Source: Octopus sinensis (Eukaryota). Taken from it: a DNA stretch of 64,000 nt. The position numbers and the translations under genes were made by a program. The DNA lies in contig NC_043017.1 of assembly GCF_006345805.1 (NCBI RefSeq), positions 24,490,001 to 24,554,000 on the forward strand, written 5' to 3'. The first letter of the stretch is position 1, and the number at the start of each line of letters is the position of its first letter. This document shows positions 25,091 to 36,751 of the stretch, one piece after another. Below the pieces are notes generated by a model. That model made no database searches. It was not told the origin of the DNA and saw only the letters and a program-made list of their open reading frames with translations.

Positions 25091-25279
25091 GAACTTGTAT
25101 GTGTATATATATATGTATGAACCTGTATGTGTGTATATATATATTATATATATATATATATATGAACTTGTATGTGTATATATATATATATATATGTATG
25201 AACCTGTATGTGTGTATGTGTATATATATGTGTATATATATATATATATGTATGAACCTGTATGTGTGTATGTGTATAT

Positions 25280-25310
<31 letters not shown>

Positions 25311-25329
25311 GTATGAACCTGTATGTGTG

Positions 25330-25369
<40 letters not shown>

Positions 25370-25530
25370 CCTGTATGTGTGTATGTATATATATATATAT
25401 TATATATATGAACCTGTATGTGTGTATGTATATATATATTATATATATGAACCTGTGTGTGTGTGTATGTGTATATATATTATATATATGAACCTCTGTG
25501 TGTATGTGTGTATATATATATATATAGGGA
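24920..25530. repeat. Minisatellite (TA)nTGAACCTGTATGTGTGTATG, roughly 15 units
   Basis: Invariant TGAAC(C/T)TGT core between variable TA/TG tracts. Confidence 0.9.
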
Positions 25531-26021
25531 GAGAGAGAGAGAGAGATTAATGCGTTTTTCTTTTCTGTATCTGAATATATTTATTCGCCATTCTATAAAC
25601 TCTCTTACCATTTCTATAACATTTCATATCTAAACCAAATTACTTCTGCTCCCAGTATCCATACCAAATATCTTAATACCAATACCTTTTTATGTCCTTG
25701 GTTTCTTGGCTAACCACTCAAAACCTTCGTGTTTTTGTCACAGCATGTGATCGTGTTCTTTCATTTTCACCTTTACCTATTTACCTATCTATCTAGTGAC
25801 TAATCATTTCTTTCTTCTCTCAGTCACTCTTTTTCATTCCATTCCAATACTGCGTCGTTCTGTCTGGTGATGCATTTATTTCCTCTTCAATAGCTCACCT
25901 TTCTTCCGTCCTTTTTTCTCATGGTACCATAATCTTTGTAGCACGCACTTCCCCAATCTATGCCATTTATTTCTTCTCTCTATTCCGTCTCTATCTATCA
26001 TAGAAGCCTTCTCTCTTTCTT

Positions 26022-26054
<33 letters not shown>

Positions 26055-27993
26055 CTTTCTCTCTCTCACTCTATCTATCTATCTAATATATATATATATA
26101 TATAATATATATATATATATATAATATATATATATGTGTGTGTAGAGAGAGAGAGAGATAAAGTGAGAGAGAAAACAATAGATATAGTGTATGTATATAT
26201 ATGTGTGTGTGTGTGTGTATAAATGTATTTGTGTGTGAGTGTATATATATATATATACATACCTGTACATGCATATATATACACATACACATATATACAT
26301 GTATACACACACGTGTGTGCATGTGGGTATGAGGAGTTAAAGCAAGATATAGCTTAAATGTAATGTGTATACACTAAAAAAGACATAATTTATGGATACA
26401 ATGTTGAAGAAATCTTAGGTAAATGCAATGACTGTGTTGGGTTAATATTTCTCTTGAGGTGTGTTCATTTTTTTGCATTATTGTGTTGTTATTTAATCAT
26501 TATTCTTGGTGAATATTGAATTTAGGTTGCTTATATTTTCTTTAAAAAGAAATGATTGGGTTTTTTTTTTTTTTTGCATTTCTTTTAGATATTCTAAAAT
26601 ATATTTATATTCTTCATATTAAACTAATAACAAGCTTGTATATTGTTCGTTAGTAATTTTTTTATCACTGATATATTTTAGTATCATTTTTTTTTTCTCC
26701 ATATTTTCTCAAGAGATATATTTTTTTTTTTTTAAATAATATATCAGTGATTTAATTTTTGAAGAAAAAAAATTATGAAAAAAAACATTTTGCTGTGTTG
26801 AATTTATTTCGTAATTTTTTTTTTATTGTAATAAAAATATCTAAAGGAGGAGATGTATAGAAAATGTGTATCAGTTATATAATTGTTTTTTTTTATATAT
26901 ATATATATTATCACATGCTTGCAAACATATAAGCATATATAATTACACACATCCAAACACACACACATATCTGCATAATCACCCACACTCATATATATGT
27001 ATGTATATATATATATCCAAAAATATATGCGCATGTTTGCATAAATACATGTGTGTATGGCTGCATATTTTTGTGTGCATAAACACAAACACAGACATAT
27101 ATGCATGCATTTAAGTATGCAAATAAAGATGAACAATTTAGAATTGCATTTAATTCATTGGAAAATTGTTATTATAAGGTGCCATATTCATAAATGCACC
27201 TGCGAACTATTTAGACAGACTGCCATTGATGGCGGGGGTGATGATGGTGGTGGTGGTGGTGGTGGTGGTGGTGGTGTAGTGATAATCGATTGATAGATTG
27301 ATTGATTCAGAAATCGAATGATTTTGTTCTTCTTCTGTGTTCATGCATAAAGTAATGATCGTCATTATTTTTGCTTTTGCATTGCAAATGTTGCAGCATC
27401 TAAACAAAAATTCCTTGTCTACAAATGGTTTATAGAAATACACATAAATCTATACATATGACTATATCTATATATGGGCTGGCAGAAGAAAGAAAGAAAG
27501 AAAGAAGAGAACAATGAGAATATAAGCTCATTATCATAAAATTTTCGGTTAAAATATTCTTTCTTCATTGATTGCTACGGAATCTGAGGAAGTCAGTATG
27601 ACTTGTTGACCAGGTATTTATTTGTATCATCTTATCTAGGTAACCTTTTTGTTTTTGGAGGGGTTCTTTTTCTTTTCATCTTTTTTTTTCCCCTTTTTGG
27701 CCTTCTCAATATTTCTATATTTTCTTCAACATCTCCAAATGTTCAAACACAAAATAAATCAAGATTTTAACCTTATTCTCCTCCTCAGATACAATTTTTT
27801 TCCTCTTCATTTGTTAAAAGAAAATAGTAAAGAACTAACGTATTTCACTTCATTTTATTGCTCTTTCTTTTAATTTTATCATCACATCAAGGGTTTTTTT
27901 CTTGTATATATTTTTATTTTACATTATTTCCTCCAATTCTATCTAGGTGATGCTCTCTGACGGTCGTCTTTTACTATTAAACCAAAAGGTGCG

Positions 27994-28090
27994 ATGGCGC
28001 TGATACGGCTCCAAGCGATTCCTGCACTGCTATGTCACAAAAACCAATTTCTTATCATAAATCTCATAATACTGTTGATGTTTTCATCAG
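27994..28090 (+). CDS. First coding exon (exon 27947-28090) of an unidentified secreted or membrane protein; MALIRLQAIPALLCHKNQFLIINLIILLMFSS, then a phase-1 intron
   Basis: Acceptor ttatttcctccaattctatctag, strong Kozak context GCGATGG, in-frame upstream TGA, hydrophobic FLIINLIILLMF stretch, consensus donor CAG|gtaagt. No confident exon 2 in the window. Confidence 0.65.
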
Positions 28091-29390
28091 GTAAGTGCAC
28101 CTGCTTGCTTCTCTCTATGATATATTTATGAACATCTATTTAAGAAGTGTAGTGGGGTGGGGAAGTGGTTGTTGCAGCAATGAAAGAAGAGTGCACTGGT
28201 GGCCCACTATGACTACCGTGCTATATTTTAAGCATCGTTAATTTTATATTAAGCCTTTCCTTTCTATTTTTTCTTTTTGCTGTCATATTGTCCATACTGC
28301 ACAACTTAATATAGCAACAGTATTATATCATATTAGACATCAATGCACTTTGAAACTGGATCGAAATCCTACCTTGTATGTGAATTTAAAAATTTTCTTG
28401 ACTGCATTAATATATTCTCTCTCTCTCTCTCTCTTTCTCTCTCTTCTTATTCCCTTAATTCTTTCTCTTCTCTTTAATCCTTTCTCTTCTTCCCTCTAAC
28501 TTTTTCTTTCTCTCTCTCTGTCTCTATTCACTGTTTTTCTCAATCTCTCTCTCTCCCTCTCGCTCTCTCTCTTTCTCACCTTTTTTTATAAGCATCTGCA
28601 AAACCAATGATGGATCTTCATAGTGCATGTAAAGCGGCGATCATTTTCTTGACACCCCTCAATTGTATGCAACCCTCCATGGTTCTTTGGGTTACCCCCA
28701 TTTAAAAAAAAAGAAAAAGATTGAAAACATCTATCATCATTCCATTATGCATTCTCCTCCCTCCTGCATGCGCATACATGCACATACATGCATACATAAT
28801 ACATACGCAAGTACGCACACTCACACAGACATTGTTATCAAGTATTCTGACTTTGGTTGGCTATTTTAACAAGCTTCAAATTCTAGAAGAACCATTGTTA
28901 TATGCAAAAATGAAGCATTCATACAATACTGGACCAATAAACCAGCTAGTTTGGAACCAGATGTGTCCCAGATTTCTGGATTTTCCAGTTTTCTGGAGAC
29001 ACTCTAAATGCGTACTGAAAATATGAAATAAACTAAGAAAAATAAAGAACTAAATTACACTTGATGGATTCAAATTAGTTCACTTCTAAAGCAGGATCTG
29101 TCTGATATTTATTAATCCACTTAAAATTCTTAAAATATATCATATTGTAACATATGTACAGTAATAATGTTTATAAGATGAAAAAAAATAATAAAGAACA
29201 TGATTCTATTTAACAGAGACAGACACGTTATTAATACACTTCTGAAATGAATATGTTTGATTTTTATCAATTCATTTTTTAAAAAAAGCATAAAGAACAA
29301 AGCTATTTTTAACATACCATATGCAAATTAACCAACTTCAAAATAGGGTTTGGTTACTCAGTACAGGATACAGTATATAACATGATACCC

Positions 29391-29787
29391 TCTTTATCTT
29401 TTACTTGTTTCAGTCATTTGACTGCGACCATACTGGAGCACCGCCTTTAGTCGAGCAAATGAACCTCAGGACTTATTCTTTGTAAGCCTAGTACTTATTC
29501 TATCGGTCTCTTTTGCCGAACCGCTAAGTTACGGGGACGTAAACACAACACCATCGGTTGGGGGGGACAAACACAGACATACAAACACACACACACATAT
29601 ATATACATATACATATATACGACTGGCTTCTTTCAGTTTCTATCTACCAAATCCACTCACAAGGCTTTGGTCGGCCCGAGGCTATAGTAGAAGGCACTTG
29701 CCCAAGGTGCCATGCAGTGGGACTGAACCCGGAACCATGTGGTTGGTAAAAAATAAGCTACTTACCACACAGCCACTCCTGCACCTA
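29391..29787 (-). mobile_element. SINE family A, young full-length copy
   Basis: Reverse complement of the family A consensus with CpGs retained; appears nested in an older pogo/Tigger-like remnant (~28925-29850). Confidence 0.9.
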
Positions 29788-32009
29788 TTGAATAGGACTT
29801 CCAGATTTTTAGAAATTCTGGATTTCTGGAAACTGGATAAGAGGTCCTAAATTGTCTTAATTTATTGGTGTTCACTTCTAATGATGTCAGCCTTGGTCAA
29901 GTATATCTGCGACCAAAGATTTCCTGTACTGACTATCATCATCATCATCATCATTTAAAACTCTACTCTTCCATGCAGTCAAATCTCCCTCAAATCAAAC
30001 CCTGTCACCTTATAAAAGGAAGGACACTGTGTATATTGAAGTTGTGTGATGGCAGTTGAGCCTTTGATCAAATCAAGGAAACTAGTTGTTTCCACAGAAT
30101 CATTAGAACTGGGCAATATACCTTGAGGTATTCAGTTTCAGCCTTTACATTCTAAGTTCAAATCACACTCTGGTCAACTTCAACTTTCACCCTTCCAGTG
30201 GATCAGTTCAAATGTATAGTAGGTGCAGGCATGGTTGTGTGGTTAAGAAGTTTGCTTCCCAACTGCATGCATGGTTCCAGGTTCAGTTCTGCTGTGTGGC
30301 ACTTCGGACAATTGCCTTCTACTACAGCCCCGGGCCAGCCCAAACCTTGCGAGTGGATTTGGTGGACAGAAACTGAAAGAAGCCCATTGTGTGTGTCCAT
30401 GTATAAGTATATGAATGAGTTTGTATCTCCTTGTTTTGACACCATGTAATTGTTATAAATGAATACCATTCATTTCCAATGTTCTGTAAAAACATGTCAG
30501 GCCTTGGGGAAATATTATCTTGCTTGGAAATGAGTAAGGGTTGGCAACAGGAAGAGCATTTGGCTGTAAAAAATCCACTTTAGTGAACTCCATCAGAGCC
30601 ATGCAAGCATAGAAAAGTGGAAATTAAAACAACAGTGATGATGATGATGATAGCTCTCTGTCTATTCACCAAACAGTTGTTTACTTTTCCGCCAGTGTTT
30701 GAAATCAATGTTTAATTTCTTTGATTTTGTGCTTCGTGGCTCCTGTATATGGTGTGTGTGTTGTGTGTATTCCTGTGTCTTGTGTTCTGTATGTTCATGT
30801 ATCTATCAGTGTGTGTGTGTGTGCATGTGCATGCATGTGTAGGTGCATTCAAGGAATGACTAATTTTAATCTTTTTAAAAGAATTTCATATGCTAAAGCA
30901 GATTAAGCATTTCTGCGTATTTGCATGGACTGGAAATGATTTGGACGCATGTGTATTGTATGTATGTAGGTATGTATGCATGCATGTATGTATGTATGTA
31001 TGCATGTATGTATGTATGTATGTATGTATTATGTATGCATGTATGTATGTACATGCATACATATGTATGGCTGTGTAGTTAAGAAGCTTGCTTCCCAGCC
31101 TTGTGGTTTCAGGTTCAGTCCCACTGCACAGCACTTTGGTCAAATGTCTTATATATATGTGCATGCATGTGTGTTTGTTGCCCACTGCTTAAAACTGGTG
31201 TTTGTTGGTTTATGTCCCCATAATTTAACAGTTCAACACAAGGGAAAGTTAAGATGAGTACTAGGCTTAAAAAATATATAAAATAAGTACAGGGGTCAGT
31301 TTGTTTGACTAAAAACTCTGGAAGATAATACCTCAGCATAGCTGCATTCTAATTGGTGAAATAAATAAAAGATGAAAAATATTTGAAAATCACAAGCGTG
31401 TCTGTGTGGTAAGAAGCTTGCTTCCCAACCACATAGTTCTAGGTTCAGTCCCACTGTGTGGCACCTTGGGCAAGTGTCTTCTGTTATAGCCTTGGACCAA
31501 CCAAAGCTTTGTGAATGGATTTCGTTGGTAGAAACTGAAGGAAGCCTATCATATATATATATATATGGGGTGTGGGAAATATTCAATACTCCCTGCATCC
31601 ATCCTTCAACCCTACCTGATCTTTACAGATGTTACCTATCTTCCCTCTCCTTCCTGTCCCTTCTATCCAACATCCCCACCATACACTTTTGCAACTCACC
31701 CCCCACACACCCACATCTAGCTTCTCTGTCCCTACTCATCACTACTCACTTCATCACCTGGACTTCTCGTCACCACCATTTATTTCTCAGGAGATAACTC
31801 CATGGACTCATTATCATGCCCTCCACTAAGCATGAGTGAGCCATATAGATCATCTACAAAAACCTGCTCCACCCACATGTGTAACCAGGCTCTAAAGTTA
31901 CAAGAAAGGACTACATAAAAAAAAAGAAAAGCACTGTGACACATACCGAAAATTTTTGATTAATTTCTCTTACATTATTGAAATATTTCATCAGTTGTAA
32001 TATACATCA

Positions 32010-32545
32010 ATGTCTGGAAGCCGTTCAGCGATGTGCAACCAAAAGAATACCCTCCATCAGGCGTTTGCCATATTCTGAACGCCTTACTTCCCTGGGCATG
32101 GACACATTGAAACTCCGACGTCTGGCAGCTGACTTGGCAGACACCCATAAAATTATTAACCACCTTACAAACAATAACTCTTTGCACCTTTTCAAACTCC
32201 ACCCGTCTAACACCCGTGGACATGTTTACAAAGTCAGAAAACAGCACAGCTCCCATGACTTTCAGAAACATTTTTTCATGCTAAGAGTTGCTGAAGCATG
32301 GAACAAACTGCCGGCATCAGTTGTTAGTTGTCGGAGCACTGCATCCTTCAAAACTTCCATGCTTCTTGAGATTCGACAACACTACACCTGATTTTCTCCC
32401 CTCCATACACACGCAAGCATGTATCTGACTCATGCATTGTTCACTTTCCAGACATTTGTACATTACTGCATATACTGTATATGCACTTTTGACAAGTTGT
32501 GGTGCACCTGAGCACTGTATACAATAATTTCATTATTATTATTAG
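32010..32545 (+). mobile_element. 5'-truncated CR1-clade LINE (ORF2 C-terminus and 3'UTR)
   Basis: LEAVQRCATKRIP..LPYSERL..L...LKLRRLAADL...HKII...TRGH.YKVRK...HFFMLRVAEAWNKLPASVV...SFK matches the post-RT C-terminal motif of CR1/L2 ORF2; ends in (ATT)n. Confidence 0.9.
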
Positions 32546-33144
32546 TTGAACCGTCCAACCCATGCTAGCATGGAAAGCAGACGTTAAACAATGATGATGA
32601 TGATTATTATTATTATTAATATTAATGACTTATATGAACATGGTATTTCGTTATGTGACCATTATGTCCAGGGAAGTAAGGCATTATGTTTTTATAAGGC
32701 AGTACCATGTTCTAGAGTGTTAGTAGTATGCTTTACATCACTTGTTAAGGTTATATCTACAGATATTCTATAGAGAATATAGCTGGCATTGATTTTTGCT
32801 ACATTTTGTATCAAGACATCAGATGTAAACAAACAATGAGATCGAAGACAAAAATGAGTAATGAGTGTCTATGCCATATTTCAGGGAGATTTACCCTTTC
32901 ATCAACACTCATCTAACCTATTCTAGCCTCCAAACGCATTTCTTATATAGCCACCACATATAGCTGTGTTAAGTTATTGGATGTACGAATTTACATATTA
33001 AATGCATTCCTGGAGCTGATATGTAGGTACGTGGTATTTCTCTATACTTCCCTATTAGCTATGCCACTGGCCCTACCCCAACCTCTTCTCTCATACCTGA
33101 ACCCCCATCTAGCATAAGGACATCTGCGCCCCCACCCTTCTTCA

Positions 33145-33355
33145 AGTTTTGTACCAGGGGATGCCTTTGGTAAAAGAAAATACAGGAGGATCAGTTAATT
33201 ATGATTTTACCCAACATATTCCCCTCTCAGATTCACACACTTATTGCAGCAGTCCTTCAGTTTTTCTAAACCCTATAAAAGAATTTGGAAGGTTGGGCCT
33301 CCAACCAATCCTTTTGCGATACCCTGAAAGCCAGTAACTTTTCAGCACTTCCTCG
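33145..33355. mobile_element. mariner-type MITE remnant (related copies at 37226-37350 and 55620-55815)
   Basis: Shared interior GATTCACACACTTA(T/C)TG..GTCCTTCAGTTTTTCTAA and termini resembling TACAAGGGGG.GGTGAAAAG. Confidence 0.55.
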
Positions 33356-34019
33356 TGTGTATGTGTGTGTATAAACAGAGAGAGAGAGATATATGTCCAC
33401 ATATATGTAATGTTAGAGTATGTGTGTTACCTAGATACACAAGAGTGCTGGCTTTGTTTCCTCGGTGAAATTTTCTACATATACCTTTTCAAAAGTATGC
33501 ACCCATTGAAACTTTATGTGAAAAAAATTGGTGACCACACAGACACAGATATACTAATACATATCACTGATAAAGCTACAAAATGGAACTTAAAATGTTG
33601 AAAACAATTGTGATGTGTGCCATAGCAACCTCAATAGATCCATGTCAGAACATTCGACTTTTGCCAGTATGGAACATGAATGTTAAGTAACGATGATGAT
33701 GATGAGGAGGAGGAGGAGGAGTTACTATTTATTTAGTTAATCTAAATCTGCCTTAGTTCTTCTAGAGAAGATTAAGTCCATTAATCCTTTTGCTACCAAC
33801 CTGCTGCAGATCATCTCTTTTGCTTCTATGATACAAAATCCTCTGTCTTAAAGTTTCGTGTTTCAGTTGAAAACTTTCCGCATATCAGAAGAACTCTCTC
33901 ATGAGTTCTCTAAACACTTACTAAAGAGGAAAATAAAGTTATTTTACTCACTTACTTCTAAGCAATTGCTGTGTGATTAAGAAGCTTGCTTTGCAACCAC
34001 ATATGGTTTCGACTGCTCA

Positions 34020-34345
34020 ACAGGTATTTATTTTATTGATCTGGCTTCTGTGCCGGTGGCACGTAAAAAGCACCATCCGGCCGTGGCTGTTGCCAGCCTC
34101 GCCTGGCCTCCGTACCGGTGGCATGTAAAAAGCACCATCCGATCGTGGCCGTTTGCCAGCCCTGTCCGGCACGTAAAAAGCACCTACTACACTCACGGAG
34201 TGGTTGGCATTAGCAAGGGCATCCAGACGTAGAAACATTGCCAGATCAGACTGGGCCTGGTGCAGCCTTCTGGCTTCCCAGACCCCAGATGAACCGTCCA
34301 ACCCATGCCAGCATGGAAAGCAGATGCTAAATGATGATGATGATG
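34020..34345 (+). mobile_element. (GAT)n-tail family element with internal repeat array
   Basis: Repeats GGCACGTAAAAAGCACC x3, then ...AACCCATGCCAGCATGGAAAGCAGATGCTAAATGATGATG. Confidence 0.8.
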
Positions 34346-34859
34346 ATCCTGAAAGGATGAAAGGTGGAATTTGAACTCAGAACATAAAAACAGACATCAT
34401 GCTGTTGAGCATTTTGCCCTGCATGCTAATGATTCTGCCAGCTCACCACCTTAATAATAATAATAATAATAATAATAATTAATTCTGGTTTATTGGCCAC
34501 AAGGGCTAACATAAATCAAAAAACATGTAAGGACAAATACAGGACGAAAAGTACAAAGGGTTTTGCGAAAAAGAAAGGTCCATGTAAACATTCAAATAAC
34601 AAATAAAACTCCCAGTAGGGAGAGGCACTTCAAAAGGTTACTCGTGGAAAAACCCATAAAAGTAATAATAATAATTCTTTCTACTATGGGTATAAGACTG
34701 AAATTTTTGGTAGCAGGAAGTAGTCAATTACATTTACTCCCATATTTGACTGGTACCTTATTTTATTAACCCTGAAATGATGAAAAGCAAAATTGATCTC
34801 AGCAGAATTTGAACTCAGAACATAAAATACTGTGCCAATGGTTCTGCCAGCTCACCACC

Positions 34860-34896
<37 letters not shown>

Positions 34897-35340
34897 CAAT
34901 GGTTTCAACTTTTGACACAAGGCCAGCAATTTCAAGGGAGTGGGAAAGTCGATTACATTGATCCAAGTGTTCGACTCGTACTTAATTCTTCAACCCCAAA
35001 AGGATTCAAGGCAAAGTCGACCACAGCGGAATTTGAACTCAGAACATTAACATAGACGAAATGCTTAGCAGCATTTTATCCAGTGTGCTAATGGTTCTGC
35101 CAGCTCACCATCTTAATAATTATTTCTACTCTATTCACAAGGCCTTGAAACTTTTTGAGGAAGAGGGCTAGTCGATCTTATCGACCCCAGTGCATAACCG
35201 GTACTTATTTCTTCAACCCTAAAAGGACGAAAGGCAAAGTCGACCCCAGCGGAATTCGAACTCAGAATGTAACGACTGATGAAATACTGCTAAGCATTTT
35301 GCCCGATGTGCTAACAATTCTGCCAGCTCACCAACCTTAA
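34345..35340 (-). mobile_element. Head-to-tail stack of 4-5 tRNA-derived SINE family C copies
   Basis: Recurrent GGAATTTGAACTCAGAAC...TTCTGCCAGCTCACCA(C/T)CTTAATAAT, with (AAT)n between units. Confidence 0.8.
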
Positions 35341-35564
35341 CCCTTTAGTGTTCAGATTATTCTGTCAAATGTGATGTTTGTTTATTTATATTGTTTTGAA
35401 ATAATCGTGTATTATCTTGTAATTTAGAGATTTCAGTGATGTAATTTTTTAGTTTTAGAATGACATTGTAGGGCTGAGGTGAGAGGCGAGAGCTGGTCAG
35501 TTTCAATATAAAACAGGTTAAATATTCTGGCCGGATATGGCCGGTTTGAATGCTAAAAGGTTAA
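35337..35564. mobile_element. piggyBac-type MITE
   Basis: TTAA-CCCTTTAG ... CTAAAAGG-TTAA termini. Confidence 0.75.
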
Positions 35565-36640
35565 TAATAATAATAATGAGACCTGTTTTCTTTTATCTAA
35601 AAACAAACAAGGATTATCTCATAAGAGTTGGTTTTCTCAGGATTAGGATTTTTTTTATTTTGTTTTTTTTTTCAGCATTTGTTACAGCAATATTTAAGCA
35701 AAGAATTATGAGGTTACAGAGCTTGATAACTAAAACCTACAGGTATCAAGAAATATATTAATTTCCTGCGAAAATTCATTGACAGAAGTGTGAATATTTC
35801 TGGCTTTTTTTTTTAATGCCTTGTGCATATGTTTAGTAGAACCAAAATCATGTGGGAGTCCTGTATATGTGTGTTTGTGTTTGCTCCCCACACACACACA
35901 TGCACTGCTTCACAACTTGTGTTGGTTTGTTTACATCCCCAAAACATAATGTTTCAACATAAAAGACCGATAAGATTAGTACAGAGTTGTACCCTGGCAT
36001 GGCTACACTCAAATAACTGAAACAAGTGAAAGATAAAAGATATAATAATATTTGCTCTTGTTTCCCTCATAAAGTGACCTTTGAGATTTCTCTTCCCCAC
36101 AGCCAACTCTTTACCAATATCCATTCGTAAATAATATCTCTAATAGCTATACAGAGTGACTCTACCCAAATATGACACATCTTAAGTCAGGCTATTTATA
36201 GCCCACACCTTCTTCTGTGAAAAACAAACATTTAAAAGCCTTGCTTTTATTATTCATTTATTTTAATACAAGTGACGTCTTTCTAAGTCGATTTTCTCAA
36301 GTATAATTTTCCAAATAAAACATAACCTTTCTTTCTATACTTTTTTAGCTTTTGATTTCACATAGTACTTAACTTACTCAAGAAATAGACAGATACACAG
36401 ATAATCTTTCAGTTATTTTTATATATAAGTAAATGTACCAAACCATATAGTTATAAATAAGTTTCAATGAAATGCCATTCCAGTGAGGTAATATCTTTTA
36501 TCTATGATCTGTATTTATCAAGTGTGTCACACACATACACAAAGTCGATACATTTTAAAATTTTCAGCACACTATTGTTATTTATACACATATAAGGTGT
36601 GTACTTGTGTGATTGCTTGTGTCTATAGGTCATATATAAT

Positions 36641-36685
<45 letters not shown>

Positions 36686-36716
36686 TAGATAGATAGATAG
36701 ATAGATAGATATATAC

Positions 36717-36751
<35 letters not shown>

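Larger units (their letters stand above)
14480..29050. promoter_or_regulatory. CpG-retaining (likely unmethylated) intergenic and 5' domain
   Basis: By eye CpG is frequent in unique sequence here and rare in unique sequence on either side. Not computed. Confidence 0.5.

Noticed and set aside
22482-25530. CRISPR-like repeat/spacer appearance of the tandem arrays
   Set aside because: Eukaryotic context, the 'spacers' are homologous or microsatellite rather than unique, and there are no cas genes.
17000-27300. Many ORFs rich in YI, CV or HT dipeptides (also at 44.8-46.4, 53.4 and 57.5 kb)
   Set aside because: Stop-free read-through of (TA)n, (TG)n and (CA)n microsatellites.
28593-28628. Candidate exon 2 (ASAKPMMDLHSA, phase 1); likewise 36103-36126
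   Set aside because: The first acceptor tract is a CT microsatellite, the donors are weak and the peptides unrecognisable; not supportable without transcripts.
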